A DNA stretch of 64,000 nt. Source: Macrostomum hystrix. Lineage: Eukaryota; Animalia; Platyhelminthes. The notes beneath the pieces are model-generated. The model was not told the origin of the DNA, did not search any database, and was given only the letters and a program-made list of their open reading frames with translations. The translations under genes and the position numbers were made by a program. The DNA lies in contig CATNEN010000005.1 of the NCBI GenBank assembly GCA_950097015.1, positions 4,030,001 to 4,094,000 on the forward strand. The letters are read 5' to 3'. Positions 1 to 12,765 of this stretch are shown here, in pieces; position 1 is the stretch's first letter, and every line of letters begins with the position of its first letter.

Positions 1-1701
1 AGCAAGAACTTTTGTCTTCAATATACGAACAGACACTTTACCGTCTTTTAATGTAAAATCATTCCGGAACAAAAATAAAACAATGTAATTGTGATGGTGT
101 AATTTATTTTTGCATTTTTTGCTAAAGAAAAAAATAAAAAAATGGTTTTGAAAAAATATATTTAACTTTATAATTTTAAAAGACTACTTTGTGACGCAAT
201 AAATACATTTTTAAATCAACGACGCTCTTGTTCAATGAAGTAACTATGAATTAACCAACCTCAGTTTTTTAATATGCTAAGCTAAGTTACTGGCTCTTTT
301 GTATTGTATTAGTTATTTAAACAAAGTATGATTACTATATCATGTTGCAACTCTTTCTTCCCATCACCTGGATGGAATTTCGATCTTTTTTATTGTTATT
401 CGATAGAAAGCAGAATAGCTTAACGGATCTAAGATGCAAACAAACTTCAAGTTAGACTTGGCACATGTTGCTTAAATGCTTAATGATGTCTGAACTAATA
501 GACGAAAAAGGAAATTATGAATATCTAAAGCTCTATATTCTGACTTAAATAATGTAAAATATAAATTTATCAAAAACAATATTCGATTTGAAAAAAAGCT
601 GCTTGCTGCTTTATGTCTAAGCTTAGACATAGCTAGGCTTTGATAGGCTGGCAGACTCCAACACAAAGAAAGAATTTTTTACATGTTATGCCTTCCTGCA
701 CTGTCTATTGTACAATTCTCAGATATAAAAATCAATTTAAACTTCAATACAGCACACAGAGAAAAAATATGCCTTACATTAGAGTAATTAGACAAGTTTC
801 AGATTATGGAATTTCTTGTACACTAGAATTTTATAATTTATTTGTGGCAATATGCCTAGCTAGTAAAATAAGGTGGCCTGGTAATGTTTTATTTTGTTTA
901 GTTTTTAAACAGATGTGAACTCATGCAACCATAGTAAGGTATAAACTGTGGTCACAAAGGTCACAGACATGCAGATGTAGCTTTGCAAGGTTTTATGTGC
1001 TGACATGGATTTGGGGAGGGCTTAAGTGCCATAGACATATGCAGGCTTTGTGTGTGTGCTAGGACTGGGAATGATTGGGCAAAATATAGAAGTGCAATAT
1101 TGATTTCCTAACTACTATATTTCTATACTTTTCTTAACTGTATCTATATATATAAAAGTGAAAACTCTGTCTGTCTGTCTGTCTGTCTGTGTGCAACCTT
1201 TTGTCTTTATAGACGCCGAAACCGCTCAACCAAATCGCACCAAACTTTGCACATACCTAAAACCACCTACGCTGAGTGCAATAGGCTACTCAAATTCCCG
1301 AAAAATCATTTCCTTCCTGCTCAAAAGTGCAAAAAACTGCTCAAAAATCGTCAAAAAATCACTCAATTCGACATATCGTCGCCCCACTTTGTCAGATTTT
1401 CTCCAAATTTGATCCACTTACACTTTACATGTTTTCCAACAATGCTGTCAATTTTGAACATCTCTACTCAATCCAGAGCAAAGCTGCATCATCTCAAAGT
1501 GAGTCACTTTTTGTTTTTCGAGGACAGCCACCCCAACTCCCCTCCGCCACTCTGCGGGCCAAATTTTATTACAGCCACCCCCTCCCTTCCCGGGCGCCGA
1601 AGCCCCAGACTGTACATTGTATTTCAAGCCGTGAATGTACACAGCCCAAACCCCTAGACTGTCTACTGGCCCCCAAGCAGCACTGAGACTGAGTGCGGTG
1701 A

Positions 1702-2385
1702 GTGCGGTGGCGTCCCAGTGCGCAGGGCTCTCCGGTCGATATTTCTCTCCAGCCAGCCTGGAAGAGAGAGGCTGGCGTTTACTGGCTGTCAGAGAGGGCA
1801 ATTCTGTGTCCTAGAAATGATGCCGCCAACTACCAACTGCTTCAGGAGTTGCCAGGTGCAGTTTTCACCTACAAGTCAATTGATACAACGTTGACTGATG
1901 ACACCGCTGTGGAGTATCCTGTTGAGTTTCTGAACTCTCTAGATCCTCCTGGAACTCCATCGCACAACTTGCAGCTGAAAGTTGGGGCACCAATTATGCT
2001 CCTCCGCAACCTGAATGCGCCAAGGCTGTGTAACGGCACCAGACTGATAGTCAGGCGGCTCTTCCCACACGTGATTGAGGCCACGATAATGACTGGATCT
2101 GGCAGAGGAGAGTCTGTGTTCGTTCCCCGGATTCCAATTATCCCCACGGACCTGCCATTTCAGTTCAAGCGACTGCAGTTCCCTGTGAGAGTGTGCTTTG
2201 CGATGACTATTAACAAGGCTCAGGGACAGTTGCTGAAGGTGGCTGGCATCAACCTGGAGACTCCTTGCTTCTCGCATGGGCAGCTTTATGTCGCCTGCTC
2301 CCGTGTTGGAACTCCAGCTGGCCTATTCATTTTCGCACCAAGGGGAAGAACGAAGAATGTGGTGTATCCCCAGGCCTTGAGGTGA
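1702..2385 (+). pseudogene. Helitron RepHel Pif1-like helicase, C-terminal fragment
   Basis: ORF contains LQLKVGAPIMLLRNL..LCNGTRL and QFPVRVCFAMTINKAQGQ..FSHGQLYVACSRV, typical of Helitron helicases. No Rep domain or true start. Confidence 0.92.
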
Positions 2386-2537
2386 CTCGCAAGCAATTAA
2401 TAGAAAAGTAGTCACGAATTGACCTTGACCTGTCTAACTCTGAACTCTGAAACAGTTTAATTTTGTTTCTTTGACATTGTTATTGTTATGCCATGGCTAT
2501 TTTCCTTATGTATACGCGTGTACATGCATACTGTATA

Positions 2538-2813
2538 CAGAGGCAGATTTAGGGGGGGGGGGCGGGGGGGCAGTCGCCCCCCTAAATTTTAATCATGGGA
2601 ATAAGATGCCCCCACCAGGGGCGCCAGTCGCAGCACTGGCGCCCCTTTTCGGCCGCTGGCGCCCCTTTTTCAGCCGCTGGCTCCCGTTTTTCAGCCGCTG
2701 GCACCCTTTCTTGGCTCCTGGCGCCCTTTTTCGGCCGCTGGCACCCACTCTGTGTTTCTCATGGCGCTCCCCTGACAGACCGCCCCAAAACAAAATTCCT
2801 GGATCTGCCACTG
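2538..2813. mobile_element. hAT-type MITE nested in the Helitron
   Basis: Imperfect TIRs CAGAGGCAGATTTAGG / CCTGGATCTGCCACTG. Perfect 8-bp target duplication ACTGTATA (2530-2537, 2814-2821). GC-rich interior. Confidence 0.88.
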
Positions 2814-3377
2814 ACTGTATAGAGGAGTGGCTAAGAGACATGTTTCTAAAGAAGTAATCAAGAGGGGGCTGTTTGGACAAACTTTTCACTTATTTTTTAC
2901 TTAAAACGCCCTTAAACAAACTCTTCACTTTTCATTAATGCAGTAAATGAATATATGGTGACCTTCACTATAAAGTTAATACAGAGACGTGAATTGCTTA
3001 CTGCTTTGCTTTAAATTTCTGCCCCAGAAACAACGGGCAAAAAAAGCTAGTACTTTATAAGTTTGAGTAGTAGCCCACTACCCACTATGATGTTCTTTTG
3101 AAAGACTCATCAAATGACCATTTTTTCTGGTTACTATTTGTTGTTTCTTGTTTATTTCACTATTTTTAGATGTTCTGTGACAATGATACGCAATTTGAAA
3201 AGGAAAAATAATTATCCATAAAGTAAAACATGACTATATATATAATTATAATCAATATTATATCTGCCATATATAATTCTGGTCCACATAAGAGATTTAT
3301 AATATGCTCAGTACATAATTATGGCGCACACTGAAGTCCTTGGGTACACTTGGCAAACAATAAAGGTGCACCTATAA

Positions 3378-4593
3378 CAGGGTGTTTCTCAAATGCCAGA
3401 TAGGAAATGTGTCCAATCAAGTTTTTTCTCATTTTTTTGTCTAAAACTGCTTAAGTGTCAGACTTTAATGTAAATTAAGTAAATAAGACAAGGCGAGCAG
3501 TTTCTGAACACAATATCACACATACTCACTCATTTTATATTTTTCAGACGTCACTCCAATGACCATTAGAAGAATAAAATATCAGTTTTTGTCATTGGAG
3601 CGACGCTGGCCACAAACGTCGCCACAATGACAAGGATTTTTAAGCTATAAATTGGAACACCAACCAATGAAATGGAGCTGAAATGGAGCCTGGGAACTCT
3701 TGGATTTTGTCATCCTTACAAAGATTTCACTGATGTACATCCTACATACTATGTAAGTGTTCCAATTCATAGCTTAAAAATCCTTGTCATTGTGGCGATG
3801 TTTGTGGCCAGCGTCACTCCAATGACAAAAACTGATATTTTATTCTTTTAATGGTAAGTCATTAGGCACAAGGTTCAAGTGCCACATGTCATCAGAGAGG
3901 TATTTGTCTGACAATCAAAACGAATGTAGTTGCAATTTCTATCAATTAGCAGAACTAGTGCAACTTTACTTTCTTGTGGCGTCGCCACAATGACAAAAAC
4001 TGCTTAGTGAAATGCGTATATATTGATTAAAATGAACTGGCAAACTATTCAAGATAGAACAGTAACCTGGGAAGGAATAGTCAAACAGCAAGCATAAATA
4101 CTGATCATTTGACACATAAAACACAGCAAAAGCACAGATGGTACCAAAGTTATTCACTGAACAGTATGACTTCATATGGCGTCGCTCCAATGACATAGAG
4201 TTTGGTGGACATACAAAATCTTCTATATTACTAGCAACCAGATAAAACAAGAGAAAAGAACTTGCTAAGAAAGTGTTGCACAGAAAGAAATAAACATTTA
4301 AGACATAGAACAATGTGAATAAAAGTAAAAACGTGTATATAACATAGTGTTTAACATTCAGTCATGTTTTGGTGGACACATGTATTTCACAATAAATTCA
4401 ATAATTTGGTCATTTTGGATATTCAAATTTTACATAGGAAAGCAAGCATTTTATCAAAGTTTATGCAAATTACACTTGCTAGATATTATAGATTCAATTT
4501 ATACACAAAGATTTAGCTCTAAAAAGAATTTAAAGCACAAATTTTTCATTGGACATTTTTCATAAAAAAATGACACGTTTTTGAGAAACACCC
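3378..4593. mobile_element. Degenerate Tc1/mariner-like non-autonomous element
   Basis: CAGGGTGTTTCTCAAA at 3378 and inverted TTTGAGAAACACCC at 4580-4593. Right terminus and TA TSD are degenerate. No intact ORF. Confidence 0.5.
3562..3855. repeat. Long inverted repeat (99-bp arms, 96-bp spacer)
   Basis: 3562-3660 is a near-perfect reverse complement of 3757-3855. Confidence 0.9.
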
Positions 4594-5491
4594 AACAAAG
4601 CATAATGTGGTTGACACAATTGCAATGCAATGTGAAATAGCAAAAGCTCAAAGTTAAATTGAAACTTAAATTTAAAAAATATTTTGCTTAACTTATAATT
4701 TTTTTCTATATTTTTTCACTATTTAGATAACTATTTGTATGTTATTCAAACACAAGCTTTTAAGTGTTAAAGTTTCCTATATTTTTTCTGTTTTAAACTT
4801 TGTAACATTGTAACTTAATTGTTTCCTGAAAAAATAGTTTCACATATTACAAGGGTATAATATTTAGACTTAATTTTTTGATAAGCAAATGTGCTGACTG
4901 ATTGCTTTTTAAAGCTCACATATAAAAAATTAAGCCTTTTGTGTCTAAAAAATAAGGATTTAATTCTTAAGGTATTTAGACCTCTACAAAGTAATCAGAC
5001 TGCATTAGATTGGCCTGACAGATGCAAGAGAAAATCAGAAATAACAAGCTGCTAAAAGTCAAATTAATAGTCAAATTATGTAAATAACAGTCATTATAGT
5101 CAATATTTATAGTCAATATTTTTAAAGAATGAACTATGTTGTTTTGCAATAGCAAAAAATTACTATGGATAATCAAAGATTTGTTGGTTAAGTAAAACAA
5201 ATACTAAAGTTTTTCAGCAATTTCTATTCCTATTCTTAGCCTAGCAATTGCCTTTTTATAATTTTTTAACTGTTATCATATTTTTTATTTTAAGATTAAG
5301 TGCTGTTGCCATGTTTTTATGGCACTGGACATACAAGGTAAATGTTGGGTGTTTGATTCCAGACTCCACAATTGAAGACTTTGCTATTGAAGTATTGAAC
5401 AAATCAAGACACTTTACTCAAAGCGCTAAATGTACATTACTGTATTTCCAGTTCCATTTGCAATTCCAGTCTTTAAGATAGAAAGTAGACC

Positions 5492-7597
5492 ATGACCGCC
5501 CGTCCAGTAGTCACTGTTCAGCCCAGCAAGGAGGGTGAGCAGGCCGGCTCTAGCCTGGCCCTGCCAGCTGTGTTTCGCGCCCCAATTCGGCCGGACATTC
5601 TCAACTTTGTCCACGACCAGATGCGCAAGAATGCTCGCCAGCCCTACGCCGTGCACGTCAACGCTGGTCACCAGGTGTCTGCCGAATCCTGGGGCACCGG
5701 TCGCGCCGTTGCTCGAATTCCCCGCGTCCGCGGCGGCGGCACCAGTCGGTCTGGCCAGGGCGCCTTCGGCAACATGTGCCGCGGTGGCCGAATGTTTGCT
5801 CCGACTAAGACCTGGCGTCGCTGGCATCGCCGCGTCAATGTGCAGCAGCGCCGATTCGCTGTGGCTTCGGCCATCGCCGCCACCGGAGTCACTAGCCTGG
5901 TGCTGGCTAGGGGTGAGTGAGAAGTGAACCGGCGTGTTGCTATCCACCCTCTCTGGTCACGGTGCCCGTTTTGCCGTTTATAATCCACCATTTTTTCACG
6001 TCTGTAAGTCTTTGATTTCTGAAAGCCGTCTTGCCTGTTATATGCTCTTTATTTTCCTCTTGCCTGTTAACTGACCCTTGTATATCCTCTTCACTGTTAT
6101 CCTTCCTCTGATCCCCTTTGTCTGTTATCCACACTTAGATCCCCTTGCCTGTTATCGACACTTAAATCCCTTTACCTGTTTTCCACACTTAGATCCCCTT
6201 GCCTGTTATCCAGATTTAGATCCCCTTGCCTGTTATCCACACTTAGATCCCCTTGCCTGTTATCCAGATTTAGATCCCCTTGCCTGTTATCCACATTTAG
6301 ATCCCCTAGCCTGTTATCCAGATTTAGATCCCCTTGCCTGTTATCCACACTTAGATCCCCTTGCCTGTTATCCACACTTAGATCCCCTAGCCTGTTATCC
6401 ACACTTAGATCCCCTTGCCTGTTATCCAGATTTAGATCCCCTAGCCTGTTATACACACTTAGATCCCCTTGCCTGTCATCCACACTTAGATCCCCTTGCC
6501 TGTTATCCACATTTAGATCTCCTAGCCTGTTATCCACACTTAGATCCCTTTGCCTGTTATCCGCAAATTTCTGTTATCCTCTGCTGACAATGGCAATGGC
6601 GATAAGATCCGAATGTTTTTTAGGCGACTACAGGTTTCTTTACTTATTGATGTTTATCAAATCTCACCTTAACTATACTTTCCCAGGCCACAGAATCGAG
6701 AAGATCAACGAGGTGCCCCTGGTTGTTAGCGACGCTGTCCAGGATCTAAAGAAGACCAAGGAGGCCGTTGCCTTCCTTAAGCGCGTTAAGGCCTGGCCGG
6801 ATATCCAGAAGGTAAAAATACAGCGATAACTTCACCGCTGTTGTTCATCCATTACTACTTTAAGTAGTATTATGTGAAAATTTTAAACTAAATGAATTAT
6901 CATTCTCCCAGGTGTACGCCAGTCGTCGATTCCGCGCCGGCCGTGGTAAGATGCGCAATCGCGCTCGCATTCAGAAGCGCGGCCCTCTAATCGTCTACGC
7001 TAAGGACAATGGCCTCTGCCGGGCTTTCCGTAACATTCCCGGCATCACCCTGATCTGTGTTGATCGCCTCAACCTGCTCAAACTGGCTCCCGGTGGTCAC
7101 CTGGGCCGTTTTGTCATCTGGTCCGAGTCCGCCTTCCGTCAGCTAGATAAGATCTATAGCCGGAATAAGCTGCCGGACACCAAGATGGCCTGCACCGATC
7201 TCACTCGTCTGCTGCACTCTGATGAAGTCAAGGCCGCTGTCAGGCCGCGCATTGTTCGCCAACGCCGGGCCATCCTGAAGAAGAATCCTTTGAAGAATGT
7301 CAACGTTATGGCCAAGCTGAATCCGTTCGCTTTGGTGCTGAAGCGCAAAGCTATTCTAACTCAGCGCAAGGCCGAGGCTAAGAAGCGAAAGGTCAGTTAA
7401 AATGCAACGTGTTCTAAAAAGGGCCGTTTATATTCAATTATATTTTTTCTTATTTTCCCTTAAAATACAACTATTAGGCTGACTCGTCCGCCGACAAGAA
7501 GCCGGACGCTAAGAAGGCCAAGAAGGACGCCGGCACAGCCAAGGCTAAGCCAGCCGCTGCCGCCAAAGGCAAGGGAGCGGCGAAAGCCAAGAAGTGA
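5492..7597 (+). CDS. RPL4: 60S ribosomal protein L4 (4 exons)
   Basis: join(5492..5912,6687..6811,6912..7391,7478..7597), GT-AG and phase-consistent. Motifs [54 protein letters not shown]; Lys/Ala-rich tail. Confidence 0.97.
6110..6565. repeat. 27-bp minisatellite in RPL4 intron 1
   Basis: Unit CACTTAGATCCCCTTGCCTGTTATCCA, about 16 copies. Confidence 0.95.
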
Positions 7598-8824
7598 AGC
7601 TTGAGTTTGGAGTAGAATGTTACAGACTTTCGTGTTAGCTGTTAAGCGAATTGCTTGGTTGCAGATAATTGATTGTTGCTAACTTGCTGTTGCTGAACAA
7701 ACAAGCGTACGACTTAGTTAATAACAAATAAATTGCTAAGACGGGATTTGGTTGTGAAAAGAACAGTTTTGGACTAACTACCAGTTGATCATGGATTAAA
7801 AGTTCTGCCTTGATATAAATACTCTGCTTTTAATTGTTTATTTGTTACTTAGTTAACTGGAAATCAACAGGATTCGTAGCTGTGTAAGATTTTATACATT
7901 AACTCACAAGAACCCAATTTATAAATGCTGCCATCAAATGACTCAATTTTGGTGTATGTTTGCGCTACTTTTGAATAAAATGGCCACAATGACAAATGGG
8001 CTTTTGGCCTCGTTTGTCTGTAGTCTATGCGAGCTTTAAAGCTTGCGTATTGTTAAGTCCAAACTTAAGGGCTAAAATTAACTGCCGAAGTAAATATTTT
8101 TCCTACGAAAGCCTTGTGCCACTTATACCTAATATAGTAACAAGCATTTAAGAAGTGCAAAAGCTTTTAATTATTTACCTTTATGTGCTCTACTAGATTA
8201 TGTCCTGAATCATAAACTATTCATCGAGGTTAGTAACGCATTATAATAATATAACCAATGAATATACTAATTACGATACGATGTTGATCAATTGCTATAC
8301 TAAAACTAAAAGATGTAAAAATGCGATGCAATGAGTTTATCAAACTCATTTACTATACGATCTAAGTCAGTTGTGCAAAGAATCCGATGGGCGTGGTCAA
8401 TTTCGTTCTGTTCATTCCGTTCATTCCGTTCTGCTCAAATTGTATTGGCGTCTTTGTGTTACACTTCTTAATGTATAATAACATACAATAATGCTTCAAA
8501 CAGAAAGGCAATTTTCACAAAAATCGAAAGCTATTTTAGTACTAAAACTAAATTTGTTACTTTACTACGCATGCTCAGAGACATCAAATTCAAAACGCAG
8601 GAAAATGAGTCGGATCATTCAAAAGCGATGTATGTAAACTTGTGCTATAACAAATTTCTGCTTTCGATCAGTTTGATATCAACACTATGTCATTATTAAC
8701 AGCACATAATTTAATGACTTATTATTATTATTATTTAATTTCCTTTTTGGTCTCTTGAAGACAATTCACTGCGAAGTAAGGTGTGGTGTTAGTGTATAAA
8801 AATAGAATGTGTATCCTCCTTAAG

Positions 8825-9424
8825 AATACAGGACAGTTCGGTAACAGACAGTTCGGTAACACTCAAGGACAGTTCGGTAACATACAGGAGACAGTTCGGT
8901 AACACACCGGGGACAGTTCGGTAACAATTGAAAGTCAATAAAATCAATCTAGGTTTGTTCTAACAATGTATCTACTATCGTTGCTAGGACACAACTGACT
9001 GATGTTACTGATGTATCTGAAACTGACACGTCATTTAGAGTGTGCAAGTAGGGTAAAGGCTCGTTCAAAGGGATGTACAAAGGGATGAAAAATTAGTGCA
9101 AATTGTGTGATCACACGAAATTTGGCCTCACTTGATATCTGTATGAATGACTTGATGACGGTACATTGTCGCTATTTGACGCCCAAATGTGAAATATGTA
9201 ACATGCAAAATGCAACCTCATACTCATATTTCGAAAAGCTAAATATGGTTCGAAGTGCGATTGACTTTACTTTGTAACTTTACCGAACTAAATATAAAAT
9301 AATTTCGCAAAAAACCCTTCCGATCCAGTTTAATCAATTGTTACCGAACTGTCCTGTGGTGTTACCGAACTGTCCTGTGTTGTTACCGAACTGTCTGTTA
9401 CCGAATTGTCTGTTACCGAATTAC
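8825..9424. mobile_element. Foldback/MULE-like MITE with subrepeated TIRs
   Basis: Five GACAGTTCGGTAACA motifs at 8830-8925 and five inverted copies at 9335-9424. Flanked by direct repeat CCTCCTTAAG (8815-8824, 9425-9434), a candidate 9-10 bp TSD. Confidence 0.75.
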
Positions 9425-9991
9425 CCTCCTTAAGCCATAAATAAAAATGCTTGGCCTTAGTCCCCCTTGCTAGATTTATTGGATAATGTGTCTTGTTTCT
9501 TAATAGACATCGTCCAACCCTTTTTACCATGTCTATCACATTGTGACGTACTTGTAGATAAAAATATTTCAAGTTCTATTTTTTACTTTTTAAATAATTA
9601 TTTAATCCTTTAATAGTCACTTGCTATAGTGCCAAATTAATAATCAGGAAATTATTGGCAGTGCTTATTGGCTCATGCAAACAGTGCCAACTTTATCCAC
9701 ACATATATGTGCCAATAATTCCTACCTTATTTATGTAGCAGCTTGCTTGAATAGGCCACATTGTACACATATAGAATTATAGATATATGCCAGTCATGCA
9801 AATGCCCACTTTTTCCAAACATATTGATTTCTGTAACTTTTTACTTGATTTGATCACAATTTTTTATACTTTGCAATTGAGGTTTTTGACATTATTTTTG
9901 TAGTAAAACCAGAAAGTAATTAGACTTATTAAACTTATTGTCTAGCCCATAGAGTATTTAGCATTGGGTGCATTCAAGTAACTAGGCCTAT

Positions 9992-10470
9992 GGGTCCCAG
10001 GTCATTTCAGTGACAAGACACTTTGGTGACAGTCATTTGGTGACAACTCAAGTCATTTCAGTTGACACAATTGGTCAGATTGGTTACAACTATTTTTGCA
10101 CCTAAATATGTTAAAAAACAGCCTTCCATTTGAACTATGCACACTTATAAACTATTTTTAAATAATGATATAACTATTAATAAGAAGCTGCATCACTGCT
10201 TAAGTCTGGGTTTTACTTTAAATGAGTTGAATGATTAAATTATTTAATAAGTAGTCAATAGTATCAATAGTTATTCATTCCTAATTGAATGTGTATAATA
10301 TGATGTATATTATATGATGGGTCCCAGGTCATTTCGGTGACAAGAAATTTTGGTGACAGTCATTTCGGTGACAACTCTTGCAAGTTGTTTTGGTGACAGA
10401 ATTGGTCAGTTCATGCTTAGAAAACAGCCTTCCATGTGAACTACGCACACCTATTAAGTATTAATAAATA
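9992..10470. mobile_element. Duplicated MULE-like terminal repeat
   Basis: GGGTCCCAGGTCATTT(C)GGTGACAA with internal GGTGACA subrepeats starts at 9992 and again at 10319 (about 327-bp duplication). Possibly one TIR of the adjacent MULE; no partner TIR seen. Confidence 0.55.
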
Positions 10471-10827
10471 ATTATGCACAAATTTGTTTTAATATGTGTG
10501 GCGTCAGTATGCCGTTTCATTTTTTTATTGCAAAAGTAAATTTACATTTTTTATATTCTTTATATAGCATATGCTTTTTTGCAATAATTCTCATCACAAA
10601 AAATGTTTGTAAAAACTGTAAAATTCTCATGCCCCTTTAAATTTTCTATAAACCCCTTGGTTTTAAAAAAACATTAGAATGGCAAATCATTATAGTTTGG
10701 TCAAGGACCACTGTAGTATAAAGGACGCAACACTCAAAGATCATGTAATTTGTACTTCAAATTAAATGATTTAAGAGGAGTCGATAGTTTCAATAGTTAT
10801 TCGTTCCTAATTGAACATGTATAAAAA

Positions 10828-11578
10828 TCAATTTTCAAGTTTTGGATTGACGAGGCAAGGGCAGGCTTTAAGCAGCTGCTGGAATGTGCAACTTCCATCC
10901 TCAAATTCTGCCCAGTAGCGAAAAAGCCCCCGACTGCACTGTTCTGTAAGCCAGCCGTTGCTTTTGGCGCAGCACTCCTCTGGACAGAAGTTGCTCCTGA
11001 AGTGGGACGAGTGCCGCCTCTTCATGAAGCAGTTGAAGCAGTAGGTAAAATGTAGATTGCGCCTTCCGGCCTTGCGATTGCGGAGATTGTGCCAACCCTC
11101 CAGATCATTGTTAGTTCTGATGGGCTGGCCAAATATGCAAATGTCTGTTGCACTCTAGTAGCTTCCTCCATCATTCAGCCATGTGTTGCTAATGTAGTCG
11201 CAGAGATCCTTGATTTGATTGTCCAGCTGCACAGCATTGTCAGAACGAAGATCTTCAAAGACAGGCATGATCGCACCACGAGGCAGATAGGGCAGTGCCA
11301 TGAGCTTTCAGATAAAGCATTGCGTGCCCTTGTCTTCACAGTAAGACTGTTGCAGTCCAACACTGCAGTTTTCTCCACAAGGCTTGAGTCCAGTGAAAGT
11401 TGCATCCCTGAACATCAGCCTGGGGAAAGATGTGCCTAATTTCTTTCCACGTGGATCACTCGAAGTCTAGGACAAATCAGGGAGGCACAAAGTTAGGGAC
11501 ATGGCGTTGAATTTTGCGCCGAACGGCCTTGTAGTTGCGGGTCCGCCTTCCCAACATGAGAATGAAGACCAATGGGAC
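10828..11578 (-). pseudogene. Mutator-like (MULE) transposase relic
   Basis: Manual translation: VPLVFILM..NYKAV..FVLDFE*..IFPQADVQGCNFHWTQALWRKLQ, then after a frameshift KLMALPYLP..NTWL..RTNNDLEGWHN. In-frame stops. Preceded by an acceptor-like CTACAG. Confidence 0.85.
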
Positions 11579-12414
11579 CTGTAGTAAACAATAACAAATT
11601 GCAGTTGTGATGTGCCCTCCTCTTAAATTTCCCAATTTTTTGTAGCGCCGGTTATATAATTAATTATAATTATAATAATATAATTATAATTATAAGTATA
11701 ATTATAATTATAATTATAATATAATTGTGTTATAGACATTGCCAAAAGTGGAATATAACATTCTTAATTCCATTCAATTTCAGTAAAGGGCTCTAAGTTG
11801 TTGATAGTCAGACTCTTGATGCTTCATAGGCTGTTACCGTGTGGCATGCAATAAATTTTAGTGACTTTTATTGCTAACTATGACAATGATAATTGTCTTA
11901 TGACAATTATGAAGTTCTTATAGTTAGCTAGGTATGGAGATTAAAGCACGAACTAGTAAGTAGCTCAATAGTCAATCAGCCAGTGACCTCACAATGATGA
12001 GTCACTAAGTCTAGAGTCACTAGACAAAAATGTTGTGGCATTCTCCTAAATGCACCAGTCTATGGAATAATTAATTTAATACGTATTTTGGGTTCAGTTT
12101 GCACTAGAAATTCAGAAAAAAATTATAAACACACAACACAACATAATCCTTAGGGCAGGGTATAATGAACTAATCAAAACTGTAGTTAAATAAATATAGC
12201 ATACATGCGTTTATAAGGTCTATAAAACATCTATTAAATATAATCTAGGTTATTGCAATAAATTAAGTTGCTTAAAGTAATTTTTTCTATTCAATCTCTG
12301 ACCTTATACTCAGGTATATATCAGGTTTTGATTCTTCCCCATTTTATACTCTATTTATAATTACTCATTTAATTTAAGTTATCAATGCAGTTGTGTAACA
12401 ATTTGTTTGTGGAT

Positions 12415-12765
12415 TATTAATAATAAAATAAGAATAATAACTGCAGGAGGGCTGCTAGCAGTGGCATATAAATTGGTGTCACTAAACCCATAGCCAGCAA
12501 TTAGTCAATTCATGCACACACAGACACATACTGTTTGCATGCACGCACTCACACAGGTGTGTACATCTGCCCTGACTTTCTCATTGTCAGGCAGTGTACA
12601 CTTCTTTGTGCCTTGGAGGTTGGCCGTCATGTGCCTAAATTGCATGACAAGCCCCCAAGCCTTCTCTCCATGGCTGCGCCCCAAATGAATGCGGCCTCAC
12701 CATGGAATCAAACTTCGGGACAGTGCTGCAAAAGGCAAAGGTGTTAACTACTCTGCCACCAACCT
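12415..12765 (-). mobile_element. tRNA-derived SINE family A
   Basis: Degenerate A/B-box head. Core GCCTGACAATGAGAAAGTCAGGGCAG shared with copies at 16.3, 34.5, 39.4 and 51.8 kb. (TTA)-rich tail. Confidence 0.8.

Larger units (their letters stand above)
1143..3050 (+). mobile_element. Internally deleted (non-autonomous) Helitron
   Basis: Inserted between A(1142) and T(3051). 5' end TCTATATATATAAAAG followed by a (GTCT)n microsatellite. 3' end has a TGCCC-N10-GGGCA hairpin (3020-3039) then CTAG (3047-3050). Carries a Pif1-helicase C-terminus. Confidence 0.9.

Noticed and set aside
8749-8785. GGTCTCTT..ACTGCGAAG|GTAAG, loosely like a flatworm spliced-leader sequence as I recall it
   Set aside because: Pieces are out of order, there is no terminal AUG or clear Sm site, and the adjacent (TTA)n tract suggests a retroelement tail. 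A BLAST with the species' SL would settle it.
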